Positions 27,545 to 36,564 of a stretch of DNA of 64,000 nucleotides are shown here, one piece after another. The notes under the pieces were generated by a model that made no database searches, was not told the origin of the DNA, and was given only the letters and a program-made list of their open reading frames with translations. A program made the translations under genes and the position numbers. This DNA comes from Holophagales bacterium. GTDB lineage: Bacteria > Acidobacteriota > Thermoanaerobaculia > Multivoradales > Multivoraceae. Position 1 is the stretch's first letter; each line of letters opens with the position of its first letter. Where the stretch lies: contig VXZQ01000001.1 in assembly GCA_009845425.1 (NCBI GenBank), positions 194,363 to 258,362 on the forward strand, written 5' to 3'.

Positions 27545-30500
27545 CTATTCGTCGACAGCTAGCGGAATCGCCTCCACCAACAGCGCCAGCGCGCTCTGCA
27601 ACGAAGCATCGGCGTGCCCGCCGAACGAACCCTCGTACAGTCCGAGCCGGACGACCACCATCTCGTGTGACGGCACGATGATCGTGCTCTGACCGCCTGC
27701 GCCCTGCATGCTGAACGCGCTGTTCGGCAGTGACGGGTAGCGCTTGCTGCCGCCGCGCGGAGAGTTGTTGATCCAGAAGAAGCCGCCGTAGATCGGCCGG
27801 CCGTCGGCGACCCAGGCCGGCGCGGGAGTGCTGACGAACTCGACGAAGCCCTCGGGCAGCACGCGCTCGCCGGTCGGCGAGACGCCATCGTCCAGGTAGA
27901 GCTGGCCCAGCCGCGCCCAGGTGCGGCCGGATCCGAAGCCGTAGCCGTTCAGGAGGAAGTTGCCGTAGGGATCCGCTTCGGCGACGAAGCGCCGGACGCC
28001 GATCCGGTCGAAGAGGTGCTTCTGGGGGAACTGGTGGTAGTTCTCGCCGCGGCCCTCGACCGCCAGGCGCACCAGGTGGTTGGTCAGGATCGGGTCGCAG
28101 TTTCGGTAGCGGCCGATCGTGTTCGGCGGCCACTGCGGCGGCCGTTCGGTGGCCCAGAGGTGGGAGTTCACCGTGCCGGTGTAGAGGTAGAGGTGGTCCG
28201 GATAGCCCATGGCCGCCTCGTCGTACTCCGGGTCTCCGGCGTTCACGCAGCGCAGACCGCTCGACATGCGGAGGATGTCCTGGATGCGGATCGTGCCGCG
28301 GACGTCGTCCGGGTCCTCGTGCCAGGAGTCGACCGGCGCCAACTGGTCGAGCGTGTACTCGCCCTGCTCGATCAGCACGCCCATCAGGGTCGCCGACAGG
28401 CTCTTGTTCATCGACCAGCTCTCTAGCGGCGTGTCCTTGTCGATGCCCTCGCGGTAACGCTCGGCGATGAGGCGGCCGCGATGGAGCACGACGAACGCCA
28501 GGGTCATCGCCTCCGGCTCGAAGGCAGCCTCAGCGGCTGCCGCCAGCTTCTCCTCGTCCACGTCGTCGGAAAGCCGCTCGTCCGGTAGCGCGTCGCCCAT
28601 CGGCCAAGGTGCGTTCGCGTCGAGCGTGCTCGCCACCGGCACCGTCTCGTAGAACGGCGCGTCCTCCCCCTTGGGCAGCGCGACGCAGCCCTGGTCGCCG
28701 TGGAGCACCGCGGTCCGCGTCACGCCGGTGTCGGTGGTGATGTGAACACGCTGGTTCTCGCGGTCCAGCACCCGACCCGGCAACCGGTCGCGGTACCGGT
28801 GGCGGGAGGTGAAGCCGCCGATCTGCGTCCAGCCGTCCTCGAAGTCGAGCCCGGTCAGGAAGACCGCCGAGCACAGGACCTTGGCGAAACCGGCGGCTTC
28901 GTGCTCGATGAAGTCGCCCGGCGGCGGTACGCGGACGGTGTCCAACTCGTGTTCCTGGCCTCGCGCCACCAGGCTCTCGCCCAGCGTCGGTTCCTGGGCG
29001 GCGGACGCCGGTCGATACCAGATCGGCGACGTCCAGGCCATCTCCTGGATCGTCTCGGGGTAGGAGCCGTCCGAGCACACGGCCGGCCGGTCTTGCGCGG
29101 CGAGGCGCCGGCAGTCGTGCCAGCTCCAGCGCAGGCTGGGGTTCTCGACCACCCGCAGATAGTAGTAGGCGTGCTGGCCGGGATCGAACGTCTCGTCGCG
29201 ATGGACGGTGCAGAGGCTGTCGTGGCCCTCGCCGTTTCGTTCGCCGGTCTCGGGGTCGACGCTCGCCCCGTTGTCCGGCGAACCGGCGATCGGAATGACC
29301 TGGGTGCGGCCCGTCCCGTCGGCGTCGATCCAGCCCTTGACGAGCTGGAGTTGCTGCAGGAGTCCGGCGCCGTCCGCCGGGTCGCGGGCGGCGAAGGCGA
29401 GGAAGGTCGGCGCGGCGGCGTCGCCGGCCTCCGGCAGATCGCCGCCCATCGGCACGCCGCCGGCGTATGCCTGCTCGAGCAGATCGGTCTGGTCGCACAG
29501 GTTCCCGGCATAGCCCCAGCCGCCGAAGAACCGCGGGCGGATCCGCGGACCCGACGTGCCGAACACCTCGCGGCGCTCCATCGCCTCGAAGATCGCGTCA
29601 CGGGAGTTCTCCACCGCCCAGACGCCGGCCAGACCGCCGGCGTTGCCGTCGATGCCGCTGGTCAGGAGACCCGGCTGAAGGCGCTCCTCGGGCGTCGACT
29701 CGACGGAAACGGCGCCGCGCCAGTCCTCTTCGGCCACCGCCCCCGGGGTCGCCGTGTGCGTGTCGGTCGAGGCGATGATGCCGAGCTTGACCGGATTCAA
29801 CCCGGTCTCCATCTCCTCCTCCAGGCCGACGACGAGCGCGGAGCGAACGAAGTCCGTCCGGTCCACGCAACCGGCCCCGAGCATGCCCTGGTTGCCGTTC
29901 TCGCCCTCCGGACACTCCTCGGTGCGCAACGTGGTTTCGCCCGAGAGCAGGGACTGGACCGTCTCTTCGCGGCCCAGCACCCGCACCGCCTCCACGTCGC
30001 AGAGCTCGTCCGGCTCGGCGAACACGGAGGACAGGCCGTTGATGCATTCGGATCCGCCCTTGTGCTGGAAGATCTCGATGATCGGCTCCCGTTCCAGCCG
30101 CTTCTCCGCGTACGCGCGGCGCGCTTCCATCGTTCCGTCCAGGCCCCGGTACGGCGCCATCCGGCCGTTCGCGAGATTGCTGTTGTGCGGGATCGTCAAG
30201 TAGTCGCAACCGGGCCTCGCCGACCCGTCGCCGCAGACCTCGTCGAGCCGCTGCCAGAGCAGGCTGTCCGTCGGGGCGTCGATGTACGAGACCGGCAGCT
30301 CCGGCACATCCGCGCTCCGGAAGACGACGTTGCGGTGGTAGTTCGAGATCCCCGGCGTGCCGGTGTACTCGTAGCCCACGAAGGTGGTGAAGCTGCACGT
30401 CTCCGTCCGGTCGTAGGCGTCCTCGGCCGCTTCGATGATCTCCTGCCATGGGCTCATTGCCCATTCGCGGCAGAGCGACCCATCCTCGCCGCACAATTCC

Positions 30501-31012
30501 TCGGTCCTGCGCGGCGTCTCGGTCGTGATGACGGCGCCGAGCATCTGCATCCCCACCCGCTGGTCCGAGCGGAACGTCGTGCAGAACTCCGAGCCGTAAC
30601 GAGGCGACTCCGGATCCCGGCACAGGCGGCGTTCGCCCAGAAACTCGCCGTGGTCGGTCACCGCCACGAAGTCGAGCGGCCGATCGATCGTGATGCTGCC
30701 CGTAGGCCTGCCGTCCTCGCCGATCGGCCAGAACGGGATCGCCTCGCCCTTCGCGAACCGGTACGCATGCGCCGGCGTCGCGCCCGTGCTGTTGGCCGCC
30801 GCGTCGAACGAGAAGCTGGTGTGGACATGGAGATCGCCGAACAGCGCCTGGCGGAGCGGCGTGGCGTCGCGGCAGGCAGGCCGATGTTCGGTGCGCGTGA
30901 TGGCGGCGCCGGAGACGCTTCCGTCCCTGCCTCCGTCCTCGCCCGGCGCCGCACAGGCGGGAACGGCGAACACGAGCAAAGTCAACAGGAGGCGGATCGA
31001 ATCGGATCTCAT
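27545..31012 (-). CDS. DUF3604 domain protein fused to a C-terminal serine beta-lactamase/esterase-like domain, secreted
   Basis: Signal peptide. DUF3604 metal-site motifs (GDLHVHTSFSFDA, VAVTDHGEF, ...WTSPIWY) in about the first 700 aa. The C-terminal part has S-x-x-K (WSMNKSLSATLMG) and other class-C/PBP-like serine hydrolase features. 1155 aa. Confidence 0.8.
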   Translation of the reverse strand: MRSDSIRLLLTLLVFAVPACAAPGEDGGRDGSVSGAAITRTEHRPACRDATPLRQALFGDLHVHTSFSFDAAANSTGATPAHAYRFAKGEAIPFWPIGEDGRPTGSITIDRPLDFVAVTDHGEFLGERRLCRDPESPRYGSEFCTTFRSDQRVGMQMLGAVITTETPRRTEELCGEDGSLCREWAMSPWQEIIEAAEDAYDRTETCSFTTFVGYEYTGTPGISNYHRNVVFRSADVPELPVSYIDAPTDSLLWQRLDEVCGDGSARPGCDYLTIPHNSNLANGRMAPYRGLDGTMEARRAYAEKRLEREPIIEIFQHKGGSECINGLSSVFAEPDELCDVEAVRVLGREETVQSLLSGETTLRTEECPEGENGNQGMLGAGCVDRTDFVRSALVVGLEEEMETGLNPVKLGIIASTDTHTATPGAVAEEDWRGAVSVESTPEERLQPGLLTSGIDGNAGGLAGVWAVENSRDAIFEAMERREVFGTSGPRIRPRFFGGWGYAGNLCDQTDLLEQAYAGGVPMGGDLPEAGDAAAPTFLAFAARDPADGAGLLQQLQLVKGWIDADGTGRTQVIPIAGSPDNGASVDPETGERNGEGHDSLCTVHRDETFDPGQHAYYYLRVVENPSLRWSWHDCRRLAAQDRPAVCSDGSYPETIQEMAWTSPIWYRPASAAQEPTLGESLVARGQEHELDTVRVPPPGDFIEHEAAGFAKVLCSAVFLTGLDFEDGWTQIGGFTSRHRYRDRLPGRVLDRENQRVHITTDTGVTRTAVLHGDQGCVALPKGEDAPFYETVPVASTLDANAPWPMGDALPDERLSDDVDEEKLAAAAEAAFEPEAMTLAFVVLHRGRLIAERYREGIDKDTPLESWSMNKSLSATLMGVLIEQGEYTLDQLAPVDSWHEDPDDVRGTIRIQDILRMSSGLRCVNAGDPEYDEAAMGYPDHLYLYTGTVNSHLWATERPPQWPPNTIGRYRNCDPILTNHLVRLAVEGRGENYHQFPQKHLFDRIGVRRFVAEADPYGNFLLNGYGFGSGRTWARLGQLYLDDGVSPTGERVLPEGFVEFVSTPAPAWVADGRPIYGGFFWINNSPRGGSKRYPSLPNSAFSMQGAGGQSTIIVPSHEMVVVRLGLYEGSFGGHADASLQSALALLVEAIPLAVDE

Positions 31013-31066
31013 TCAGTCTCTCCAGGTCTGCGGATGTGGCGTATCGACCGCCTTGGGTCGGCGACC

Positions 31067-31104
31067 GACGCTATCGCCCTCTATAGTGACTTCAACTCAC
31101 TTCA
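31067..31104. repeat. 38-bp leader/promoter repeat, copy 1 (GACGCTATCGCCCTCTATAGTGACTTCAACTCACTTCA)
   Basis: Identical sequence recurs at 32475..32512, in both cases ending about 13 nt before an AAGGAG RBS and the ATG of an M24 paralog. It contains a TATAGT -10-like hexamer. Confidence 0.7.
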
Positions 31105-31117
31105 AAGGAGAACGAAG

Positions 31118-32458
31118 ATGAAGCACTCGCTGCCGGTGGTTTCCGCCGTGGCCTTCGCCTCCCTCGCCGCCAGCATCGCGGCCCAGCCCACCCTGAGCGA
31201 CGACGTGCGCTCGAGGTGGGAAGCCTCCTGCATGATCCGGCACGACAAGTTCGACTACGTGCTGCCGGGCGCCATGCGGCGCAACGACATCGACATGTGG
31301 ATCGTGACCGACCGGGGCCGCGGCACCCAGCCGATGACGCGCGACTTCGGCATCTCGACCGTCAACGGCCAGAACTTCTTCATCTTCACCGACCGCGGCG
31401 GCGACCGCATCGAACGGATCCAGCTCGGCCGCGAGAACGATCTGGCCACGGAATGCGGCGCCTACGACCGGTTCGGACGGTTCGAAGAGCTGCGGTCGAT
31501 CGTCGAAGAGCGCGATCCTCAGACCATCGGTCTCAACTACCTCGCGGTTCCCTACAGAGCCGAAGGCCTCCACGTAGCGGACGGACTCACGCACACGGAC
31601 TTCAAGTTCCTCGCGAGCGAACTCGGCGAGAAGTACGCGGCCCGCTTCACCTCGGCCCAGCACCTGATCGCCGACTTTCGCGGAGAGCGGGTCGCCAGCG
31701 AAATCGTCGAGTTCGCGAAGGTCGGCGACCTTACCCGGCGGCTCCTGGAGCGAGCGCTGTCCAACGAGGTCATCACCCCGGGCAAGACGACGCACAACGA
31801 CGTCGCCCGCTGGCTGGAGCAGAAGCTGCACGACCACTACCTGCTGCGCGGCTGGTTTCCGACCGTCTACACCCACCTCCCGGACGGCAGCGAGATCGGC
31901 GGCACCGAGCGCGTGATCCAGCGCGGCGATGTCCTGCAGATCGACTGGGGCACCGGCCGGAACCACTTCTCGACCGACATCAAGCGTTTCGCCTACGTCC
32001 TGCGCGAAGGCGAGACCGAGCCGCCCGCCGGCGTGCTGAACACGTTCGCCGAATCGAAGAAAGTGCAGGAGATCATCCGCAAGCACGTCCGCTCGGGCCG
32101 CACCGGCCGCGAGCAGCTCGACGAACTGAAGCAGATCCTCCGGGACGCCGGCTACGTCTACACCGAGCTGGAAGTGGCCGCCCAGGACGCGCCCGGCATC
32201 GAGGTCAACGTCGGCATGCACGGGGCCGGCAACATCGGCCACGAGATGGCCGCGAGCCTGTTCGAGATCTACCCGGAACGCACGAAGTACGTCGTCCGCC
32301 CCAACTCGATCATCTCCCTCGAGTACATCGTCTTCATGCCGGCCGAGGAATGGGACGGCAACAAGATCCCGATCAACGTCGAGGAGAACGCCCTGATCAC
32401 CGAACGCGGCATCGAGTGGCTGCATCCGCCGCAGGCACGGGTGCTGGTGATCCGGTGA
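31118..32458 (+). CDS. secreted M24-family (creatinase/prolidase-fold) metallopeptidase, paralog 1
   Basis: Signal peptide. A Pita-bread metal ligand pattern in the correct order (D in GDVLQIDWG, D in FSTDIKR, H in GHEMAA, E in SLEYIVF, E in NVEENALITERG). AAGGAG RBS. Confidence 0.75.
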   Translation: MKHSLPVVSAVAFASLAASIAAQPTLSDDVRSRWEASCMIRHDKFDYVLPGAMRRNDIDMWIVTDRGRGTQPMTRDFGISTVNGQNFFIFTDRGGDRIERIQLGRENDLATECGAYDRFGRFEELRSIVEERDPQTIGLNYLAVPYRAEGLHVADGLTHTDFKFLASELGEKYAARFTSAQHLIADFRGERVASEIVEFAKVGDLTRRLLERALSNEVITPGKTTHNDVARWLEQKLHDHYLLRGWFPTVYTHLPDGSEIGGTERVIQRGDVLQIDWGTGRNHFSTDIKRFAYVLREGETEPPAGVLNTFAESKKVQEIIRKHVRSGRTGREQLDELKQILRDAGYVYTELEVAAQDAPGIEVNVGMHGAGNIGHEMAASLFEIYPERTKYVVRPNSIISLEYIVFMPAEEWDGNKIPINVEENALITERGIEWLHPPQARVLVIR

Positions 32459-32474
32459 CGCGGCGGCGGGTGAC

Positions 32475-32512
32475 GACGCTATCGCCCTCTATAGTGACTT
32501 CAACTCACTTCA
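32475..32512. repeat. 38-bp leader/promoter repeat, copy 2
   Basis: Exact copy of 31067..31104 upstream of M24 paralog 2. Confidence 0.7.
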
Positions 32513-32526
32513 CAAGGAGAACCAGG

Positions 32527-33867
32527 ATGAAGCGTCCGCTCCCGACCGTTCTCGCCACGGTCCTGGCGACCATCGCCATCGCCGCACCGGTTTCGAGTGC
32601 CGAACCGGACGACGTGCGCTCGAGGTGGGAAACCTCCTGCATGATCCGGCACGACAAGTTCGACTACGTCTTGCCGGGCGCCATGCGCCGCAACGACATC
32701 GACATGTGGATCGTGATCGACCGGGGCCGCGGCACCCAGCCGATGACGCTCGACTTCGCCATCTCCACGGTCAATGGCCAAGGGTTCTTCATCTTCACCG
32801 ACCGCGGCGGCGACCGCATCGAACGAATCCAGCTCGGGCCCGAGACCGATCTCGCACGGGAATGCGGCGCCTACGACCGGTTCGGACGGTTCGAAGAGCT
32901 GCGGTCGATCGTCGAGGAGCGCGATCCTCAGACCATCGGCCTGAACTATCTCGCGGTTCCGTACGAGAGCGAAGGCCTTCACATCGCGGACGGCCTCACG
33001 TACACCGACTTCAAGTTCCTCACGAGCGAACTGGGCGAGAAGTACGCGGCCCGCTTCACCTCGGCCCAGCACCTGATCGCGGACTTCCATGGCGAGCGGG
33101 TCGCCGGCGAGATCGTCGAAATGGCCAAGATCGGCGACCTCACCCGGCGGCTCCTGGAACGGGCGCTCTCCAACGAGGTCATCACGCCCGGCAAGACGAC
33201 GCACAACGATGTCGCGCGCTGGCTGGAGCAGAAGCTGCACGACCACGATCTGCTGCGCGCCTGGTACCCGACGGTCTACAGCCACCGTCCGGACGGCAGC
33301 GAGATCGGCGGCACGGAGCGCGTGATCCAGCGCGGCGATGTCCTGCAGATCGACTGGGGCGGCGGCCGGAACAACTTCTCGACGGACATCAAGCGCTTTG
33401 CCTACGTCCTGCGCGAGGGCGAGACCGAGCCGCCCCCCGGCGTGCTGCGGACGTTCGCCGAATCGAAGAAAGTGCAGGAGATCATCCGCAAGCACGTCCG
33501 CTCGGGCCGCACCGGCCGCGAGCAGTTCGACGAACTGAAGCAGCTCATCCGGGACGCGGGCTACATCTACACCGAGCTCGAGGAGGCGGGTCCCGACGCG
33601 CCCGGTATCGAGGTCAACGTCGGCATGCACGCCGCCGGCAACATCGGCCACGACATGGCCGCCAGCCTGTTCGAGATCTTCCCCGAACGGACGAAGTACG
33701 TCGTCCGCCCCAACTCGATCATCTCGCTCGAGTACATCGTCTTCATGCCGGCCGAGGAATGGGGCGGCAACAAGATCCCCATCAACGTCGAGGAGAACGC
33801 GTTGATCACCGAGCGCGGCATCGAATGGCTCCACCCGCCGCAGTCGCGGGTGCTGGTGATTCGCTAG
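32527..33867 (+). CDS. secreted M24-family metallopeptidase, paralog 2
   Basis: Nearly identical over most of its length to paralog 1 (same motifs, the N-terminal signal peptide differs). Confidence 0.75.
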   Translation: MKRPLPTVLATVLATIAIAAPVSSAEPDDVRSRWETSCMIRHDKFDYVLPGAMRRNDIDMWIVIDRGRGTQPMTLDFAISTVNGQGFFIFTDRGGDRIERIQLGPETDLARECGAYDRFGRFEELRSIVEERDPQTIGLNYLAVPYESEGLHIADGLTYTDFKFLTSELGEKYAARFTSAQHLIADFHGERVAGEIVEMAKIGDLTRRLLERALSNEVITPGKTTHNDVARWLEQKLHDHDLLRAWYPTVYSHRPDGSEIGGTERVIQRGDVLQIDWGGGRNNFSTDIKRFAYVLREGETEPPPGVLRTFAESKKVQEIIRKHVRSGRTGREQFDELKQLIRDAGYIYTELEEAGPDAPGIEVNVGMHAAGNIGHDMAASLFEIFPERTKYVVRPNSIISLEYIVFMPAEEWGGNKIPINVEENALITERGIEWLHPPQSRVLVIR

Positions 33868-35153
33868 TGCACTCGCCAGTCCGGTCCGCGATCTCCGTAC
33901 TGATTCTGTGTCTGTGCGCACCGGCGGTTGGAGCGCAGACGATCCAGGAGGAGACGCTCCAGCGGATGCAGCAGCAGATCCGGAACGACAAGTTCGACCA
34001 TGTGCTGCCGAAGGCGATGCGGGACAACGGCGTCGACATGTGGATCCACGTGATTCGTGCTCGGAATCCCGATCCGATTGCCAGGAACCTGGGCGGCGAG
34101 TCCGGCGTCTTCGTGTTCACCGACCGGGGCGGCGACCGGATCGAACGGGCGATCCTCGGCGGGACCGACGAGGCGCTTTGGGGGGACGAGGCCTACGACC
34201 TGTTCGTGGGCGAGGAGGGGATCGAGGGTGATCCGGGCTGGCAGAACGTCGTCGGCGACTTCGTGGCCGAGCGCGACCCCGAGCGGATCGCGGTCAACTT
34301 CTCGAAACAGAACCCCGTCGCCGACGGCATCTCACACACGGACCACGAAGCGCTGGCCGCCGCCCTGGGCGAGAAGTACGCGTCCCGGATCGTCTCGGCG
34401 GAAGGCGTGATCGGCGACTTCCTGGCGGGCATCGTGGTCGGCGAAATCGCCCTCGCCGGCTACTTCGGGATGCTCACGATGCAGACCCTGGACGAGGAGT
34501 TCGCGAAGATCGAGCCGGGGGTCACCCGGCTCGAGGAACTCGACGGCAACGTCTTCGTCCGCGACCCGGACGGCAACGAGGACAACAACAACGAGTACGT
34601 GCTGCAGCGCGGCGACATCGTCACGATCCTGAACGGTGCCGGCGAGGGCTACTTCGTCGCCGACCTGGGAGGCAATGGCTATGTGCTGAAGGAGGGCGAA
34701 ACCGAGCTACCGGAACGCGTGCAACGGATCTGGGATCACGCGATGCAGGTCCGGGAGATCCTGCGCGCCAACATTCGGGTCGGCCCCACAGCCGGCGAGA
34801 CCCTGTCGCTGCTCGCCGGGAAGATCGAGGAGGCGGGCTTCCTCTACATCGACCGGGACCAGTACGACCCGGCGCTCGATCCCACGAAGACCCAGGTCCA
34901 CCTCGACCTCCACGCCCAGGGGCGCCGGGACATGGACGCGCCCCGGATCTCGCCGCTAGGCGGCGACTGGCAGCGCGAGATGAAGCTCCCCCTGTTTCAC
35001 AGCTTCACGCTCGAGTACATGGTCCACATGCCGGTGCCTGAATGGGGTCCCGGCAAGCACCTGTACATCGCCTTCCACGACGGCGCGATCGTCACCCCGC
35101 GCGGGATCGAGTTTCCGTATCCACCGGACCCCGGCATCCGGGTCATCCGCTAG
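33867..35153 (+). CDS. secreted M24-family metallopeptidase, paralog 3 (more divergent)
   Basis: GTG start overlapping the TAG of paralog 2 (TAGTG). Signal peptide SAISVLILCLCAPAVGA. Collinear with paralogs 1 and 2 at their N-terminus (DKFDHVLPKAMRDNGVDMWI, FTDRGGDRIER) and C-terminus (TLEYMVHMP...GIEFPYPPD...RVIR). Confidence 0.7.
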   Translation: MHSPVRSAISVLILCLCAPAVGAQTIQEETLQRMQQQIRNDKFDHVLPKAMRDNGVDMWIHVIRARNPDPIARNLGGESGVFVFTDRGGDRIERAILGGTDEALWGDEAYDLFVGEEGIEGDPGWQNVVGDFVAERDPERIAVNFSKQNPVADGISHTDHEALAAALGEKYASRIVSAEGVIGDFLAGIVVGEIALAGYFGMLTMQTLDEEFAKIEPGVTRLEELDGNVFVRDPDGNEDNNNEYVLQRGDIVTILNGAGEGYFVADLGGNGYVLKEGETELPERVQRIWDHAMQVREILRANIRVGPTAGETLSLLAGKIEEAGFLYIDRDQYDPALDPTKTQVHLDLHAQGRRDMDAPRISPLGGDWQREMKLPLFHSFTLEYMVHMPVPEWGPGKHLYIAFHDGAIVTPRGIEFPYPPDPGIRVIR

Positions 35154-35156
35154 CGG

Positions 35157-36503
35157 CTACTCCTCGTCGCCCCACCAGCGGCGGAGGCGCTCCGCGATCG
35201 CCTTCTCGGAGCCCTGGTCGGACGGCTCGTAGTAGCGGCGGCCGGAAAGGCCGGGCGGCAGGTACTCCTGCTCTTCGAAGTGGCCTTCGAAGTCGTGGCC
35301 GTACTTGTAGTCCCTGCCGTAGCCCATGCCGCGCATCAGCCCCGTGACCGCGTTGCGCAGGTGCAGCGGTACGGGTTCGTGCGGGGCGTTCCGCACGTCC
35401 TCCGTTGCCCGACCCAGGGCCACGTAGGCGGCGTTGCTCTTGGGCGAGGTCGCCAGGTAGATCGTTGCTTCGGCGAGCGGGATGCGGCCTTCGGGAAGTC
35501 CGATGAAATGAACGGCCTGCTGCGCGGCAACCGCGACCGGCAGCGCACCCGGGTTCGCCAGCCCGATGTCCTCGGCCGCCAGGATGACCAGCCGGCGGGC
35601 GATGAAGAGCGGATCCTCGCCGGCCTCCAGCATCCTGGCCAGCCAGTACAAGGCGCCGTCGGGCGAGGAGCCGCGGACGGACTTGATGAAGGCCGAGATC
35701 GTGTCGTAGTGGCTGTCGCCGGCCTTGTCGTACTGGGGTGTCCGGCGCTGTAGTGCGTCCGAGATGGCTTCCATATCGATCCGGCGCATCCCGTCTTCGC
35801 CCGGCTCGGCGGCGACCACCGCCATCTCCAGGGCGTTCAGAGCGACCCGGGCGTCCCCGTTCGCGATGTTCACCAGGTGCGCCACCGCGTCGGGCTCCAG
35901 TTCCGGGGCCAGCAGGCCCAGGCCGCGATCCTCGTCCGACAGCGCGCGCTCGACGATTCCGGTCATCGCTCCCTCGTCCAGGGCGTGCAGCGTGAACACG
36001 CGGCAGCGAGACAAGAGCGGCGCGTTGACCTCGAAGGACGGGTTCTCCGTCGTCGCCCCGATGAAGGTGATCGTGCCGTCCTCGACGTGGGGCAGGATGA
36101 CGTCCTGCTGAGCCTTGTTGAAGCGGTGGATCTCGTCGACGAACAGGATCGTCGGGCGGCCGTAGAGCGAGCGGAGGTCGTTGGCGCCCTTGACCGCCTT
36201 GCGCAGGTCCGCGACGCCGGCGGACACCGCGCTGACCGGCTCGAAGTGGGCGCGGGTCGTCGTCGCGATCAGCCGCGCCAGGGTCGTCTTGCCGGACCCG
36301 GGCGGACCCCAGAACAGGAGCGACGGCACGCGGTCCGCCTCGATGGACCGCCGCAGCACCTTGTCCTCGGCGAGGATGTGCTCCTGGCCGACGAACTCGT
36401 CGAACGTGGCCGGACGCATCCGCTCGGCGAGCGGCGCGGCCGAGCCGGTTCCCGACTCGCCGGCATCCTCGAACAGGCCGACGGTACTGGGCTGTCGGCT
36501 CAC
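35157..36503 (-). CDS. rarA: replication-associated recombination protein A (AAA+ ATPase, MgsA/RarA)
   Basis: PLAERMRP...FVGQEHIL N-terminus, Walker A GPPGSGKTT, Walker B ILFVDEIHRFNK and a C-terminal MgsA region. The start is uncertain (GTG at 36503 or TTG at 36509). The longest ORF (36635) would run into the sulfatase gene. Confidence 0.8.
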   Translation of the reverse strand: MSRQPSTVGLFEDAGESGTGSAAPLAERMRPATFDEFVGQEHILAEDKVLRRSIEADRVPSLLFWGPPGSGKTTLARLIATTTRAHFEPVSAVSAGVADLRKAVKGANDLRSLYGRPTILFVDEIHRFNKAQQDVILPHVEDGTITFIGATTENPSFEVNAPLLSRCRVFTLHALDEGAMTGIVERALSDEDRGLGLLAPELEPDAVAHLVNIANGDARVALNALEMAVVAAEPGEDGMRRIDMEAISDALQRRTPQYDKAGDSHYDTISAFIKSVRGSSPDGALYWLARMLEAGEDPLFIARRLVILAAEDIGLANPGALPVAVAAQQAVHFIGLPEGRIPLAEATIYLATSPKSNAAYVALGRATEDVRNAPHEPVPLHLRNAVTGLMRGMGYGRDYKYGHDFEGHFEEQEYLPPGLSGRRYYEPSDQGSEKAIAERLRRWWGDEE

Positions 36504-36564
36504 TTCCAACTGCGGCGAGAGGGCACGATTCGTCGAAGATAGCGCCCGGTGGCAGACTCCGGCA

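Noticed and set aside
28700-32458. 1252-aa ORF on the + strand, the longest in the track
   Set aside because: It is Arg/Ala/Gly-rich nonsense antisense to the DUF3604-beta-lactamase gene for most of its length. Only its last 447 codons (from the ATG at 31118 with an AAGGAG RBS and a signal peptide) are a real gene. This is a GC-bias artefact of stop-codon depletion.
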